Assembly: GCF_003367075.2 (NCBI RefSeq)
Contig: NZ_CP065936.1
Coordinates: forward strand, 1,560,001 to 1,592,000
Direction: 5' to 3'
DNA length: 32,000 nucleotides
From: Cylindrospermopsis raciborskii Cr2010
GTDB taxonomy: Bacteria; Cyanobacteriota; Cyanobacteriia; Cyanobacteriales; Nostocaceae
Shown here one piece after another: positions 16,596 through 25,826 of this stretch. The notes below the pieces were generated by a model. The model was not told where the DNA came from and ran no database searches. It saw only the letters and a list, made by a program, of their open reading frames with translations. Each line of letters starts with the position of its first letter. The first letter of the stretch is position 1. A program made the position numbers and the translations under genes.

Positions 16596-17092
16596 TTCAA
16601 GATTCCATCCTTTACTGCTTCCACAACTGGTACTGTATGAATGCCATAAACCCATACCAGTTCATCACCTAGATATACTTGAAAACCTACTAGTATGGTC
16701 ACCAGTAATCCCACAGCTAAATAGTGCACCGGCAATTTTTGTGGATTACGCGCACGCAGTACATAACGCCAAGCTGTGATTGCAGCTAAAATTCCTGACA
16801 GTGACCAACCAATTAGGGTATGGTAGTTTAAAACTGATTTCACAATATTGTAGGGTTTGGCTAAACCAGCTTCAAACTGACCGAAAATAATTGCTATGAA
16901 AATAGAAACTGTAGCTACAAACAAGTTCCAAAATCCCACTTCATAAAATCTGGTTTTTCCTGTGAAAAAGCCAACTGCATCACAAAAAAATGCAAATAAT
17001 ATCATGGCAATTACGAAGTGAACCACAATCGGATGGAGTGGATCTGGATAGGGTAAATTGTGGTCGTTCAATGAGGTTAAATACTCAAACAT
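16592..17092 (-). CDS. DUF2231-like integral membrane protein
   Basis: 166 aa with a PLHPIVVHF motif and four predicted TM helices. It is a paralog of the next gene and the first gene of the apparent oxidase operon. Confidence 0.7.
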   Translation of the reverse strand: MFEYLTSLNDHNLPYPDPLHPIVVHFVIAMILFAFFCDAVGFFTGKTRFYEVGFWNLFVATVSIFIAIIFGQFEAGLAKPYNIVKSVLNYHTLIGWSLSGILAAITAWRYVLRARNPQKLPVHYLAVGLLVTILVGFQVYLGDELVWVYGIHTVPVVEAVKDGILK

Positions 17093-17560
17093 TAATTTCT
17101 CCTCTTTAGTTAGATGCTCGTCCAGTATTTACAGCTGGCACCAATTTTCGCTGAGCTATATTCATCAGTCACTACCAGATTTTCATATTCTTGTGCTTTT
17201 ATTCTGTTCATCTAGCGTTACTTTTAGATTGATTCCCTAGTGATTTTTCAGCATTTTGTGGTTACAAGTCATAATTATTGGACACCCTTATATTGCGGTA
17301 TTGCGTAACTTTTTGTCCTCTAATTTTTTTAAAAATACCTTATGGGTTACGCTAACCCATCATAACTCGGTCAAAACTAAAAGTTTGACAAAATGGTAGA
17401 TAGCCATGATATTCAACTTCACTGGATGTAGCTATTATGAAATACAAAGAAAATATTTTGATGTCTACTATTTTACATTTAAGAATTATTGCTTTGCTTG
17501 GTAAAGTATAGTTTTGGTAGCTTTCTATAGATGGATCCATGACACATCGCAAAAAAAGGT

Positions 17561-18502
17561 CTATACTCGCAAAATTGCTAAAAATGTACATTCCCAAACC
17601 AGTCGCGGTTGAGCGTAGCACAACAAGTTTTTTCGAGTCTTTTCTAATTCTTGAATAATCTGTGGTTTATGTGTTTTTTGCCAATAATACTGTTGTAAGT
17701 ATTCAATTAACCATAGCTGTCCTTCCGTGTCTAGCTCCCGATCAATTCTTTTACCCAATTCCAAGGCGTGTAAGTATGAGGTGGGCAATTTTTTTACTTC
17801 CTGGAGTAATTCGCTATTAATGCTTTGTAGTTGTTGGTGAGCCAAAATAGCACTTCCCGGACTCCCCGCAGCTAGGTTTAAGATTTCTGGGTGTTCTAAA
17901 ATCTCTAGGTTTCCTGTTCTGGTTAACACCTGAGTTAAACTACTACTGTCTAACCTATAAAAGGGAATTTTTTGACACCGGGAAACCAATGTGGGTAGAA
18001 TAGATTCCGGACTAGGTGCAATTAAAATTAAAGTTGCTCTTCCTGGTTCCTCTAAAGTTTTTAGTAGAGCATTAGCAGCAGATTCAGCCATAGCCTCTGC
18101 TTGCTCTATTACTACCACGCTACGTACAGACTCTAAGGGAGGACGGGATAAAAATTGAGAGATTTCCCTAATTTGCTCCAATCTAATTACCGGTGGTGCT
18201 TTACGCTTAACCTTTTTTTCTGCTGCTTGTGCTGCGGTTAGTCTTTCTCCTTGATATTGATAGGTGGGTTCTACCCAGAATAAGTCTGGGTGATTTCTTT
18301 GACTAACACGGTTTTTTAAAACGGACAATTCTTCACCATCTCTAGAACCAGCAAACAGTAGTTGGATAAAACACGTTGCTGCTAAACTTCTCCCTACCCC
18401 ATCCTTCCCCGCAAATAAGTAAGCTGGTGCAATACGGTTTTGTTTCACGGATGCAGTTAATAGTTCTATGGCTTGTTGCTGTCCTATCAGTTCTTCAAAC
18501 AT
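17561..18502 (-). CDS. holB: DNA polymerase III delta-prime subunit
   Basis: 313 aa. The N-terminus ELIGQQQAIELL...RIAPAYLFAGKDGVGRS, VVVIEQAEAM (Walker B-like) and SRCQ (sensor) are typical of HolB. It lies directly downstream of tmk, a common pairing. Confidence 0.85.
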   Translation of the reverse strand: MFEELIGQQQAIELLTASVKQNRIAPAYLFAGKDGVGRSLAATCFIQLLFAGSRDGEELSVLKNRVSQRNHPDLFWVEPTYQYQGERLTAAQAAEKKVKRKAPPVIRLEQIREISQFLSRPPLESVRSVVVIEQAEAMAESAANALLKTLEEPGRATLILIAPSPESILPTLVSRCQKIPFYRLDSSSLTQVLTRTGNLEILEHPEILNLAAGSPGSAILAHQQLQSINSELLQEVKKLPTSYLHALELGKRIDRELDTEGQLWLIEYLQQYYWQKTHKPQIIQELEKTRKNLLCYAQPRLVWECTFLAILRV

Positions 18503-18518
18503 GAAAATGGAATGGTGT

Positions 18519-19169
18519 CTAAGCAGTAGTGTTCACCAACGATTTTACAAACAAATTGTCAATTAAAATTTTCCTGATGTTTTCCTGGACTAATTCCGGT
18601 TCCCGATTACCATCTACCCGAATTATCTTCGATGGATGGTTTTTAGCTATTTTATTATATCCCTCTTGCACACGATGGTGAAATTCTATTGTTTCTTGCT
18701 CCATTCTATCCAGTTCTGCTTGACCACGTTTACGACTTAGTCCTATCTCTACATCTATATCTAACCAAATGGTTAGGTCACTTTCTAAACCTCCAGTAGC
18801 AATCTGATTAAGTTGGTCAATTATAATCATGTTTAACCCCCTACCATACCCCTGATAAGCAACAGTGGAATTTGTATAGCGATCGCACAGAATATATTTC
18901 CCGGTTGCTAAGTTTGGTTTAATAATACTGCTAACATGTTGTGAACGGTCTGCTGTATATAATAGCAGCTCTGCCATTTCGTCCAGTGGTTGCTCGTAAA
19001 ATGTTTCCAGCAGCAACTTTCTTAAATTTTGTCCCAGGTGTGTTCCTCCTGGTTCGCGAGTTAGCAAAAAAGAAATTCCCAGGGTTTGTAACCACTGCGC
19101 CAACATTTGCATTTGAGTGGTTTTACCTGATCCTTCCACTCCCTCAAAGACAATTAACTTACCTATCAT
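18519..19169 (-). CDS. tmk: Thymidylate kinase
   Basis: 216 aa with the FEGVEGSGKTTQ P-loop, the TREPGGT motif and the DRY motif. Confidence 0.95.
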   Translation of the reverse strand: MIGKLIVFEGVEGSGKTTQMQMLAQWLQTLGISFLLTREPGGTHLGQNLRKLLLETFYEQPLDEMAELLLYTADRSQHVSSIIKPNLATGKYILCDRYTNSTVAYQGYGRGLNMIIIDQLNQIATGGLESDLTIWLDIDVEIGLSRKRGQAELDRMEQETIEFHHRVQEGYNKIAKNHPSKIIRVDGNREPELVQENIRKILIDNLFVKSLVNTTA

Positions 19170-19281
19170 ACTTATAGTATTTGTGGTTTGAAAACGACCA
19201 CATTATAGATCGAGGAAGAATGCTTAGGAAAGGGTCTTGCGGTTAGATTATGTGCTACAATGCCAATTATATATCATAATG

Positions 19282-19558
19282 AAAAGGCTTGGTTGTTGAC
19301 CAAGCCTAGATATATACCAAGTGTTTACCATGCTTATTAATTTAGATTGATAAAAATATAATCTCATCTTCCTAAAGTATAGCTTTAGCCAAAACGCTAT
19401 AAACTTAGTTGATAGACATTGTATGGCTATATGTTGAAAAACTAAGTTTGTACACTTCCATTGGATAGATGAAATAGCAGAAAATAGAACGTAGACTTAT
19501 CGATATATGGTAAACACCTGGTATATATAAAAGGCTTGGATTGTATTCAAGCCTTTTT
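19282..19558. repeat. 277-bp element bounded by ~50-bp imperfect inverted repeats, each arm containing its own AGGCTTG(G)/C(C)AAGCCT hairpin (MITE-like, or a paired terminator cassette)
   Basis: The left arm (19282-19331) is AAAAGGCTTGGTtgttgACCAAGCCTagaTATATACCAAGTGTTTACCAT. The right arm (19507-19558) is ATGGTAAACACCTGGTATATAtaAAAGGCTTGgattgtattCAAGCCTTTTT. The 21-mers are reverse complements with one mismatch. Confidence 0.6.
19529..19558. terminator. Bidirectional intrinsic terminator-like hairpin downstream of tRNA-Arg
   Basis: AAAAGGCTTG-gattgtatt-CAAGCCTTTTT has a 7-bp stem flanked by an A-run and a T-run. It lies 46 nt beyond the 3' end of the minus-strand tRNA-Arg. Confidence 0.55.
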
Positions 19559-19603
19559 CATAGGTTTTTATCGCGGACAAATAATCTGGCAATTTACATT
19601 AAG

Positions 19604-19676
19604 CGAGCGCGGAGGGATTTGAACCCCCGACCCACAGAACCGGAATCTGTTGCTCTATCCACTGAGCCACGCGCCC
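19604..19676 (-). tRNA. tRNA-Arg (anticodon CCG)
   Basis: The minus strand reads GGGCGCG TG GCTC AGTGGAT AGAGC A ACAGA TTCCGGT TCTGT GGGTC GGGGG TTCAAAT CCCTC CGCGCTC G. This is a full cloverleaf with a TTC loop. The 3' CCA is not encoded. Confidence 0.9.
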
Positions 19677-19750
19677 TCATACTCCCAAAAGTATAATGCC
19701 ATTGTAACACGGTTTTACTGGTTAGCTGGAATTATTTCACCAATAATTTA

Positions 19751-21109
19751 TTAAGAATTGTTAAGATTCCCACTCAAGGAAGAAAAATATTGGGACTTCC
19801 ACTCATCTAAATCCGCTAATGATCTATCTCGATAACGCCCGTATTTTTCTGGTTTGCTCTTGATTTTAACGCCCAAATCTGGAACTATGCCAAAATTGGG
19901 TGGCATGGGTTGAAAATGCTTGGGCGCTGCACCACTAATAAACTCAAATAAAGATCCCATCATTGTGGTGTTCGGTAGGGTGAGAGGTTCCTTCCCTAGG
20001 GCAATTCTTGCCGCATTAGTCCCTGCTAGCCAACCACCAGCAGATGCAGCGGTATAACCCTCCGTACCAATTAGTTGTCCTGCTGCTAGTAGGGTATGTC
20101 GTTGTTTAAATTGCAGGGTCGGTAAAACTAACTGGGGCGCGTTTAAAAAAGTGTTCCGGTGCATTACTCCCAATCTAACAAACTCGGCGTTTTCCAAACC
20201 GGGAATCATTCTAAACACCCGTTTTTGCTCCCCCCAACGTAAATTGGTTTGAAACCCTACCATATTCCATAGTTGGCCAGCTTTATCTTCTTGTCGTAAC
20301 TGTACTACTGCGTAGTTACGCTCTCCAGTTCTTTCATCTGTTAAACCCACCGGTTTCAGGGGACCATATCGCATGGTGTCCTCCCCTCTTTGTGCCATTT
20401 CTTCTATGGGTAAACAGGCTTCAAAAAACTTCGCCGTCTCTCTTTCAAAGTCCTTTAATTCTGTTTGTTCCGCTTGGCAAAGTGCTTCCCGAAATTCTAA
20501 ATACTGCTGTTTACTCATGGGACAATTTAAATAGGCCGCCTCACCTTTGTCATAACGGGAAGCCATAAAGGCAATATCCCTATTAATGGAATCCCCTACT
20601 ATTATGGGACTAGCAGCATCAAAGAAGTTGAGATATTCTAATCCCGTGAATTGTTGAATATCAGCGGATAATTGGGGACTGGTTAGTGGTCCTGAGGCTA
20701 AAACCACTATCCCCGCAGGAACTTCCTTTACCTCCCCTCGTCGTAAATCAATCAAAGGGTGATTGGCTAAGGTCTGGGTGAGATCCTCTCCAAATTTTCC
20801 CCTGTCTACCGCTAAAGCACCACCCGCTGGTACTGCATGTTCATCCGCTTTACTAATAACTATAGAGTCAAGTTGTCGCAGTTCTTCATGCAGTAACCCA
20901 GCTGCGCGATCGCTTGCCATAGCTCCAAAGGAATTACTACACACTAGTTCAGCTAAGTTTTCCGTATGATGGGCGGGACTAAAGCGTTGGGGACGCATTT
21001 CGTGTAGAATCACGGGTACTCCTGCTTGAGCTATTTGCCATGCTGCTTCTGTGCCTGCAAGTCCACCGCCTATTACTTGTATTGGTTCTTTTATGAGTTC
21101 TAATATCAT
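19751..21109 (-). CDS. trmFO: Methylenetetrahydrofolate--tRNA-(uracil54-C5)-methyltransferase TrmFO
   Basis: 452 aa with an FAD-binding N-terminus ([16 protein letters not shown]), LVCSNS, and [12 protein letters not shown] motifs typical of TrmFO/Gid. Confidence 0.93.
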   Translation of the reverse strand: MILELIKEPIQVIGGGLAGTEAAWQIAQAGVPVILHEMRPQRFSPAHHTENLAELVCSNSFGAMASDRAAGLLHEELRQLDSIVISKADEHAVPAGGALAVDRGKFGEDLTQTLANHPLIDLRRGEVKEVPAGIVVLASGPLTSPQLSADIQQFTGLEYLNFFDAASPIIVGDSINRDIAFMASRYDKGEAAYLNCPMSKQQYLEFREALCQAEQTELKDFERETAKFFEACLPIEEMAQRGEDTMRYGPLKPVGLTDERTGERNYAVVQLRQEDKAGQLWNMVGFQTNLRWGEQKRVFRMIPGLENAEFVRLGVMHRNTFLNAPQLVLPTLQFKQRHTLLAAGQLIGTEGYTAASAGGWLAGTNAARIALGKEPLTLPNTTMMGSLFEFISGAAPKHFQPMPPNFGIVPDLGVKIKSKPEKYGRYRDRSLADLDEWKSQYFSSLSGNLNNS

Positions 21110-21118
21110 AGTCGTATT

Positions 21119-21949
21119 TTATAAAACAATATGGGGATGAATAAATTGATAACCCGCATCCTTGAGTTTTTGGTTAGAAACCCAGGTATTATACTGACGA
21201 GTACTTTTGTTGGTAGCATCCCATATTACATTGGGCAAATTATGAGTTTTTAAAACACCATCAATGAGTTCTCGACTAGTAAAATGACTGTCGTCTACTA
21301 AATTATAAATCCCTTGTAACCGTTGCCAACGGGCAAATTCTACAACTCTCACAATATCATCCAAATGTACCCAGTTGGTGATTTCCTCGCCATTTCCCTC
21401 ACGGGTTGTGCCAGCTGTTCTGCTAAATATTTTAATTAATTCTCTTCCTGGTCCATAAATTCCCCCTAACCGCAAAATACAAACGCGCAGATTCTCCGTT
21501 GCTGCTGCTAGTAAAATTTCCTCGGTTTTGCCAAGAATCTGACTGTTCAAATTGGGTGGAGCTGGTGGTGTCTCCTCATCTACCCACACACCGTTTCTAT
21601 CACCATAAATCGCATAACTACTTGTGTAAATTAATTGTTTAATTTTAGGATGGTATTTTATTAAAGAGGTTACTGTTTTAGCAGTTTCCAAATAGGTTTT
21701 TTCATAACTGCTACTACTTTTAGCACCTACAGCTAATAGAACCACATCTTGATTTTTTAAAACCCTATTTAAAACGACTTGGTCATCACCCATAGTGACT
21801 TCAACTGCATCTGCTACTTCTTGTAGGGTTGAGACTTTATGCTCACTGGTAGTAGTTAAAGTAACCCTAAAACTCGGATTTTGCCGCCAAAACTTAGCAA
21901 CCGCATAACCAACATACCCACAACCAATAATTGCTACATTCATAATCAT
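21119..21949 (-). CDS. NAD(P)-dependent epimerase/dehydratase-family (SDR) protein
   Basis: 276 aa with a Rossmann motif (IIGCGYVG) and a YxxxK-like catalytic region (SSYAIYG). The true start may be the Met at residue 3. Confidence 0.75.
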   Translation of the reverse strand: MIMNVAIIGCGYVGYAVAKFWRQNPSFRVTLTTTSEHKVSTLQEVADAVEVTMGDDQVVLNRVLKNQDVVLLAVGAKSSSSYEKTYLETAKTVTSLIKYHPKIKQLIYTSSYAIYGDRNGVWVDEETPPAPPNLNSQILGKTEEILLAAATENLRVCILRLGGIYGPGRELIKIFSRTAGTTREGNGEEITNWVHLDDIVRVVEFARWQRLQGIYNLVDDSHFTSRELIDGVLKTHNLPNVIWDATNKSTRQYNTWVSNQKLKDAGYQFIHPHIVL

Positions 21950-22110
21950 TTACACACCAAAAAAATACTTAACCTTACTCATGCCAACCTTGCGGTTACT
22001 GGCAGCGTGCTTATTTTTACTACCTGTGGCTGATACTTTTTAGGAATAGGATTTAGCATGATATGTAAATGAAAAGCACAATTTCCGTTATACAGGATAC
22101 TCTTTTCTAT

Positions 22111-22782
22111 TTAACCATAAATTGCACCATCAGGCATAATGGCTCCTGTAAGGTTTGCACCCACTAGCTTGACCAGGAGACGCTCCCCTGAGCGCATTCT
22201 AGCACCAGTTAGGTCAGCACCTCGCAGATCTGCACCGCTGAGATCTGCACCTATTAAATTGGCTGAACGTAAGTTTGCCTCTCTTAAATCTGCCAATAGT
22301 AAGTTGGCTCGGAATAAATTAGCTCCTGATAGATTTGCACCTCTAAGATTAACCTTGTGCATAAAAGTATCACTAAGATTAGATCCACTTAAATTGGCAT
22401 AGCTAAGATTTCTACCTGATAGGTCCTTATTGCTGAGGTTAGCATGGCTAAAATCTCTACCACTGAGATCGGGATTTTGGGGAGGGTGTTGATTTGGTCG
22501 GTAATAGTTAGTCTGTGGTGGTGGGTAAGGGGACTTTTTGGATGTAGGTGGCTCAGAATTATGTCCAGGTTGAGACTGGTCTTGAAAGGAGCGTAATTTT
22601 TCCCGTGCTTGATTTAAGGCCTTGATCTTATCATGGGCTTTTTTCTGTAAGCGGTGATTATCCTTAGGTAGGCGATCAGGATGCCAAACAAAAACTAAAT
22701 CTTTGTAAGCTTGGTTAATCTCTTCTATGGTTGCACCAGGCTCTAAGTCTAATAGTGTGTAATAACGCTCCAGTTCGCTCAT
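22111..22782 (-). CDS. J-domain protein with C-terminal pentapeptide repeats
   Basis: The N-terminal DnaJ domain (YYTLLDLEPGATIEEINQAYKDLVFVWHPDR) contains HPD. A Pro/Gln-rich linker follows, then A(D/N)LxG-type pentapeptide repeats. Confidence 0.85.
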   Translation of the reverse strand: MSELERYYTLLDLEPGATIEEINQAYKDLVFVWHPDRLPKDNHRLQKKAHDKIKALNQAREKLRSFQDQSQPGHNSEPPTSKKSPYPPPQTNYYRPNQHPPQNPDLSGRDFSHANLSNKDLSGRNLSYANLSGSNLSDTFMHKVNLRGANLSGANLFRANLLLADLREANLRSANLIGADLSGADLRGADLTGARMRSGERLLVKLVGANLTGAIMPDGAIYG

Positions 22783-22897
22783 GATGATTTATTAGTAGAA
22801 AATCAATTGACATGCTCAGAAGAAAATGAACCTCCCTCTTCCCTAATATTTCAAAATCATTAGAATATATTAAACCATAGCATTGGGAGCATAATTT

Positions 22898-25798
22898 GTG
22901 GTAGCCAATCCCACTTATCGTCAGATTTTGACTGAAACTACCCCTCCACTGGGAGAGTTTGTCAGTAGACACATTGGACCGAAAGCAGGTGATATCCAGG
23001 AGATGCTAAACTCCTTGGGTCTATCTAGCTTAGAGGAATTAATTGAGCAAACAGTACCCAGCTCAATTCGCTTTTTTCAGGAGTTGAACCTACCAGCTGC
23101 ACAACCTGAACATACAGCACTGGCTAAACTCAAACAAATAGCCAATAAAAATCAAATCTACCGCTCTTACATTGGTATGGGGTATTATGACTGTATTACT
23201 CCCCCAGTGATTCAAAGGAACATCTTAGAAAATCCTGGTTGGTATACAGCATACACTCCTTACCAACCAGAAATTGCCCAGGGACGTTTGGAAGCACTAT
23301 TAAACTTCCAAACCATGATCATTGATTTAACTGGATTGGAAATTGCTAATGCTTCTCTATTAGATGAAGCAACAGCAGCAGCAGAAGCCATGAGCATGAG
23401 TTATGGTGTGTGCAAAAACAAATCCTCTAACTATTTTGTTTCCAGCACCTGTCACCCTCAAACCATTGATGTGCTCCAAACCCGAGCTAAACCTTTGGGA
23501 ATTAAAATCATTATTGGAGATCATCAAACCTTTGATTTTGCTGAGCCAATTTTTGGTGCTATTCTCCAATATCCTGGAACAGATGGTAAAGTTCACGATT
23601 ATCGCCAGTTTATAGCCCAGTCCCATGCTCAGGGTGCATTGGTGACCATAGCAGCAGATCCATTGAGTTTGACCTTATTGACACCACCAGGAGAATTGGG
23701 AGCGGATATTGCCATAGGAAGTACCCAGAGATTCGGTATTCCTTTGGGTTTTGGTGGACCTCATGCGGCTTATTTTGCTACTAAGGAGGAGTATAAACGG
23801 TCAGTTCCAGGGCGAATTGTGGGGGTGTCTAAAGATGTTCACGGTAAGCTGGCCTATCGTTTGGCTTTACAAACCCGTGAACAACATATTCGTCGCGATA
23901 AGGCTACTAGCAATATTTGTACAGCTCAGGTACTTTTAGCGGTAATGGCGAGTATGTACGCAGTTTATCATGGTCCCAATGGACTGAAAAAGATTGCAGA
24001 AAATATTCATCAACTGACTAAGGATTTAGCAGCAGGACTGGAAAAATTGGGTTATGAAGTCCTGAATAGGAACTTCTTTGACACCCTGCGTGTGGGGTTA
24101 GGAAATAGGAGTTTGGAAACACTCCTGATAGCTGCAGATGAGAGAAACATCAATTTGCGGATTTTTGATGATGGGGATATAGGAATTTCCCTGGATGAAA
24201 CCACAGGTTTTACAGATGTGATAGATTTGTGGCAGATTTTCGCTTTTGCTAATGGAATAGGGGATGGGTATGGTTTCCCCTTCAAAGTTGAAGAAATTAG
24301 GGAAACTAATTCCTATCTGGGTCAAATTCGCACTAGTCCCTATCTTACCCACCCCATATTTAATAGTCACCATTCTGAAACTGAATTACTGCGGTATTTA
24401 CATCAGTTGGAAACTAAGGATTTATCATTGACAACTTCTATGATTGCCTTAGGTTCCTGTACTATGAAGTTAAATGCTACTTCGGAGATGATTCCTGTTA
24501 GTTGGGCGGAATTTAGCAAAATTCACCCCTTTGCACCAATTACCCAAACTAGAGGTTATCAAATCCTCTTTCAACAATTGGCAACATGGTTAGCAGAAAT
24601 CACCGGTTTTGCGTCTATATCTTTACAACCTAATGCTGGTTCTCAGGGAGAATACGCAGGACTATTAGTCATTCGTGAATATCATCAAAGCAGACAAGAA
24701 GGACACCGCAATATCTGTTTAATTCCCCAATCTGCTCATGGCACAAATCCCGCAAGTGCAGTTATGTGTGGTATGAAGGTGGTAGCTGTCGCTTGTGATG
24801 AATGTGGTAATATCGATTTGGGAGATTTAAGCACCAAGGTACAAAAACATAGTCGTGAGCTGGCCGCTTTAATGATTACCTATCCATCAACCCATGGGGT
24901 GTTTGAAGAAACTATACAGGAAATCTGTGCCCTAGTTCACCAACATGGTGGACAGGTGTATATGGATGGAGCTAATATGAATGCCCAGGTGGGTATTTGT
25001 CGTCCCGGTGATTTGGGTGCGGATGTTTGTCATTTGAACCTACACAAAACCTTTTGTATTCCCCATGGTGGTGGTGGTCCAGGAATGGGTCCCATTGGTG
25101 TTGCTCCCCATCTGGTGGAGTTTCTACCAGGTCATTCTGTGGTTAAATTAGATAGTGACCACGGTGCGGTTTCTGCTGCACCCTGGGGAAGTGCCAGTAT
25201 CTTGGTTATTTCCTGGATGTATATAGCTATGATGGGTGCAGATGGCCTAACTCAAGCAACCAAAATCGCTATTTTGAATGCTAATTACATTGCCAAGCGA
25301 TTGGAATCTTTTTACCCTGTTTTATATAAGGGTAAACATGGTTTTGTCGCCCATGAATGTATTTTAGACCTGCGAGGAGTAAAAAAATCAGCAAACATTG
25401 AGGTGGATGATATTGCTAAACGTCTCATGGACTATGGTTTTCACGCTCCTACGGTCTCTTGGCCTGTAGCAGGAACAATCATGGTTGAACCTACGGAAAG
25501 TGAGTCGAAAGCTGAGTTGGACCGTTTTTGTGATGCACTAATTGCCATTCGTCAGGAAATTTTGCACCTCGAGTCTGGTATTATGAATCCGGAAGATAAT
25601 CCCTTGAAAAACGCCCCCCACACTATACAAAGTTTGATTGTTGGTGATTGGAACCACTGTTACTCCCGCGAACAAGCTGCTTACCCTACGGACTGGACTC
25701 GTCAATTTAAGTTTTGGCCGAGTGTAGGTAGGATAGACGCCGCTTTTGGCGATCGCAATTTTGTTTGTTCTTGTTTACCTTTAGATTCGTACATGTAA
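22898..25798 (+). CDS. gcvP: Glycine dehydrogenase (decarboxylating), glycine cleavage system P protein
   Basis: 966-aa single-chain P protein starting at GTG. It has the motifs [40 protein letters not shown] and [16 protein letters not shown] (PLP lysine). Confidence 0.95.
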   Translation: MVANPTYRQILTETTPPLGEFVSRHIGPKAGDIQEMLNSLGLSSLEELIEQTVPSSIRFFQELNLPAAQPEHTALAKLKQIANKNQIYRSYIGMGYYDCITPPVIQRNILENPGWYTAYTPYQPEIAQGRLEALLNFQTMIIDLTGLEIANASLLDEATAAAEAMSMSYGVCKNKSSNYFVSSTCHPQTIDVLQTRAKPLGIKIIIGDHQTFDFAEPIFGAILQYPGTDGKVHDYRQFIAQSHAQGALVTIAADPLSLTLLTPPGELGADIAIGSTQRFGIPLGFGGPHAAYFATKEEYKRSVPGRIVGVSKDVHGKLAYRLALQTREQHIRRDKATSNICTAQVLLAVMASMYAVYHGPNGLKKIAENIHQLTKDLAAGLEKLGYEVLNRNFFDTLRVGLGNRSLETLLIAADERNINLRIFDDGDIGISLDETTGFTDVIDLWQIFAFANGIGDGYGFPFKVEEIRETNSYLGQIRTSPYLTHPIFNSHHSETELLRYLHQLETKDLSLTTSMIALGSCTMKLNATSEMIPVSWAEFSKIHPFAPITQTRGYQILFQQLATWLAEITGFASISLQPNAGSQGEYAGLLVIREYHQSRQEGHRNICLIPQSAHGTNPASAVMCGMKVVAVACDECGNIDLGDLSTKVQKHSRELAALMITYPSTHGVFEETIQEICALVHQHGGQVYMDGANMNAQVGICRPGDLGADVCHLNLHKTFCIPHGGGGPGMGPIGVAPHLVEFLPGHSVVKLDSDHGAVSAAPWGSASILVISWMYIAMMGADGLTQATKIAILNANYIAKRLESFYPVLYKGKHGFVAHECILDLRGVKKSANIEVDDIAKRLMDYGFHAPTVSWPVAGTIMVEPTESESKAELDRFCDALIAIRQEILHLESGIMNPEDNPLKNAPHTIQSLIVGDWNHCYSREQAAYPTDWTRQFKFWPSVGRIDAAFGDRNFVCSCLPLDSYM

Positions 25799-25801
25799 AA
25801 T

Positions 25802-25826
25802 AGTAGGAGGGGATGGCCCTCCTACT
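25802..25826. terminator. Hairpin filling the 28-bp gap between convergent gcvP and the proA-like gene
   Basis: AGTAGGAGGG-gatgg-CCCTCCTACT has a 10-bp stem. It sits exactly between the gcvP stop (25796-25798) and the proA-like stop (25827-25829). ATTTT follows on the minus strand. Confidence 0.6.

Noticed and set aside
17352-17621. An 89-aa minus-strand ORF overlapping the 3' end of holB and extending into the AT-rich intergenic region.
   Set aside because: It overlaps holB out of frame, has a low-complexity AT-driven composition and no recognisable motifs. It covers the hairpin at 17342-17360.
22783-22897. A possible glycine riboswitch in the gcvP leader.
   Set aside because: The intergenic region is only 115 bp. 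It shows none of the conserved glycine-aptamer features I can recognise, such as the GGAGAG and CACCG-type cores or the tandem aptamers.
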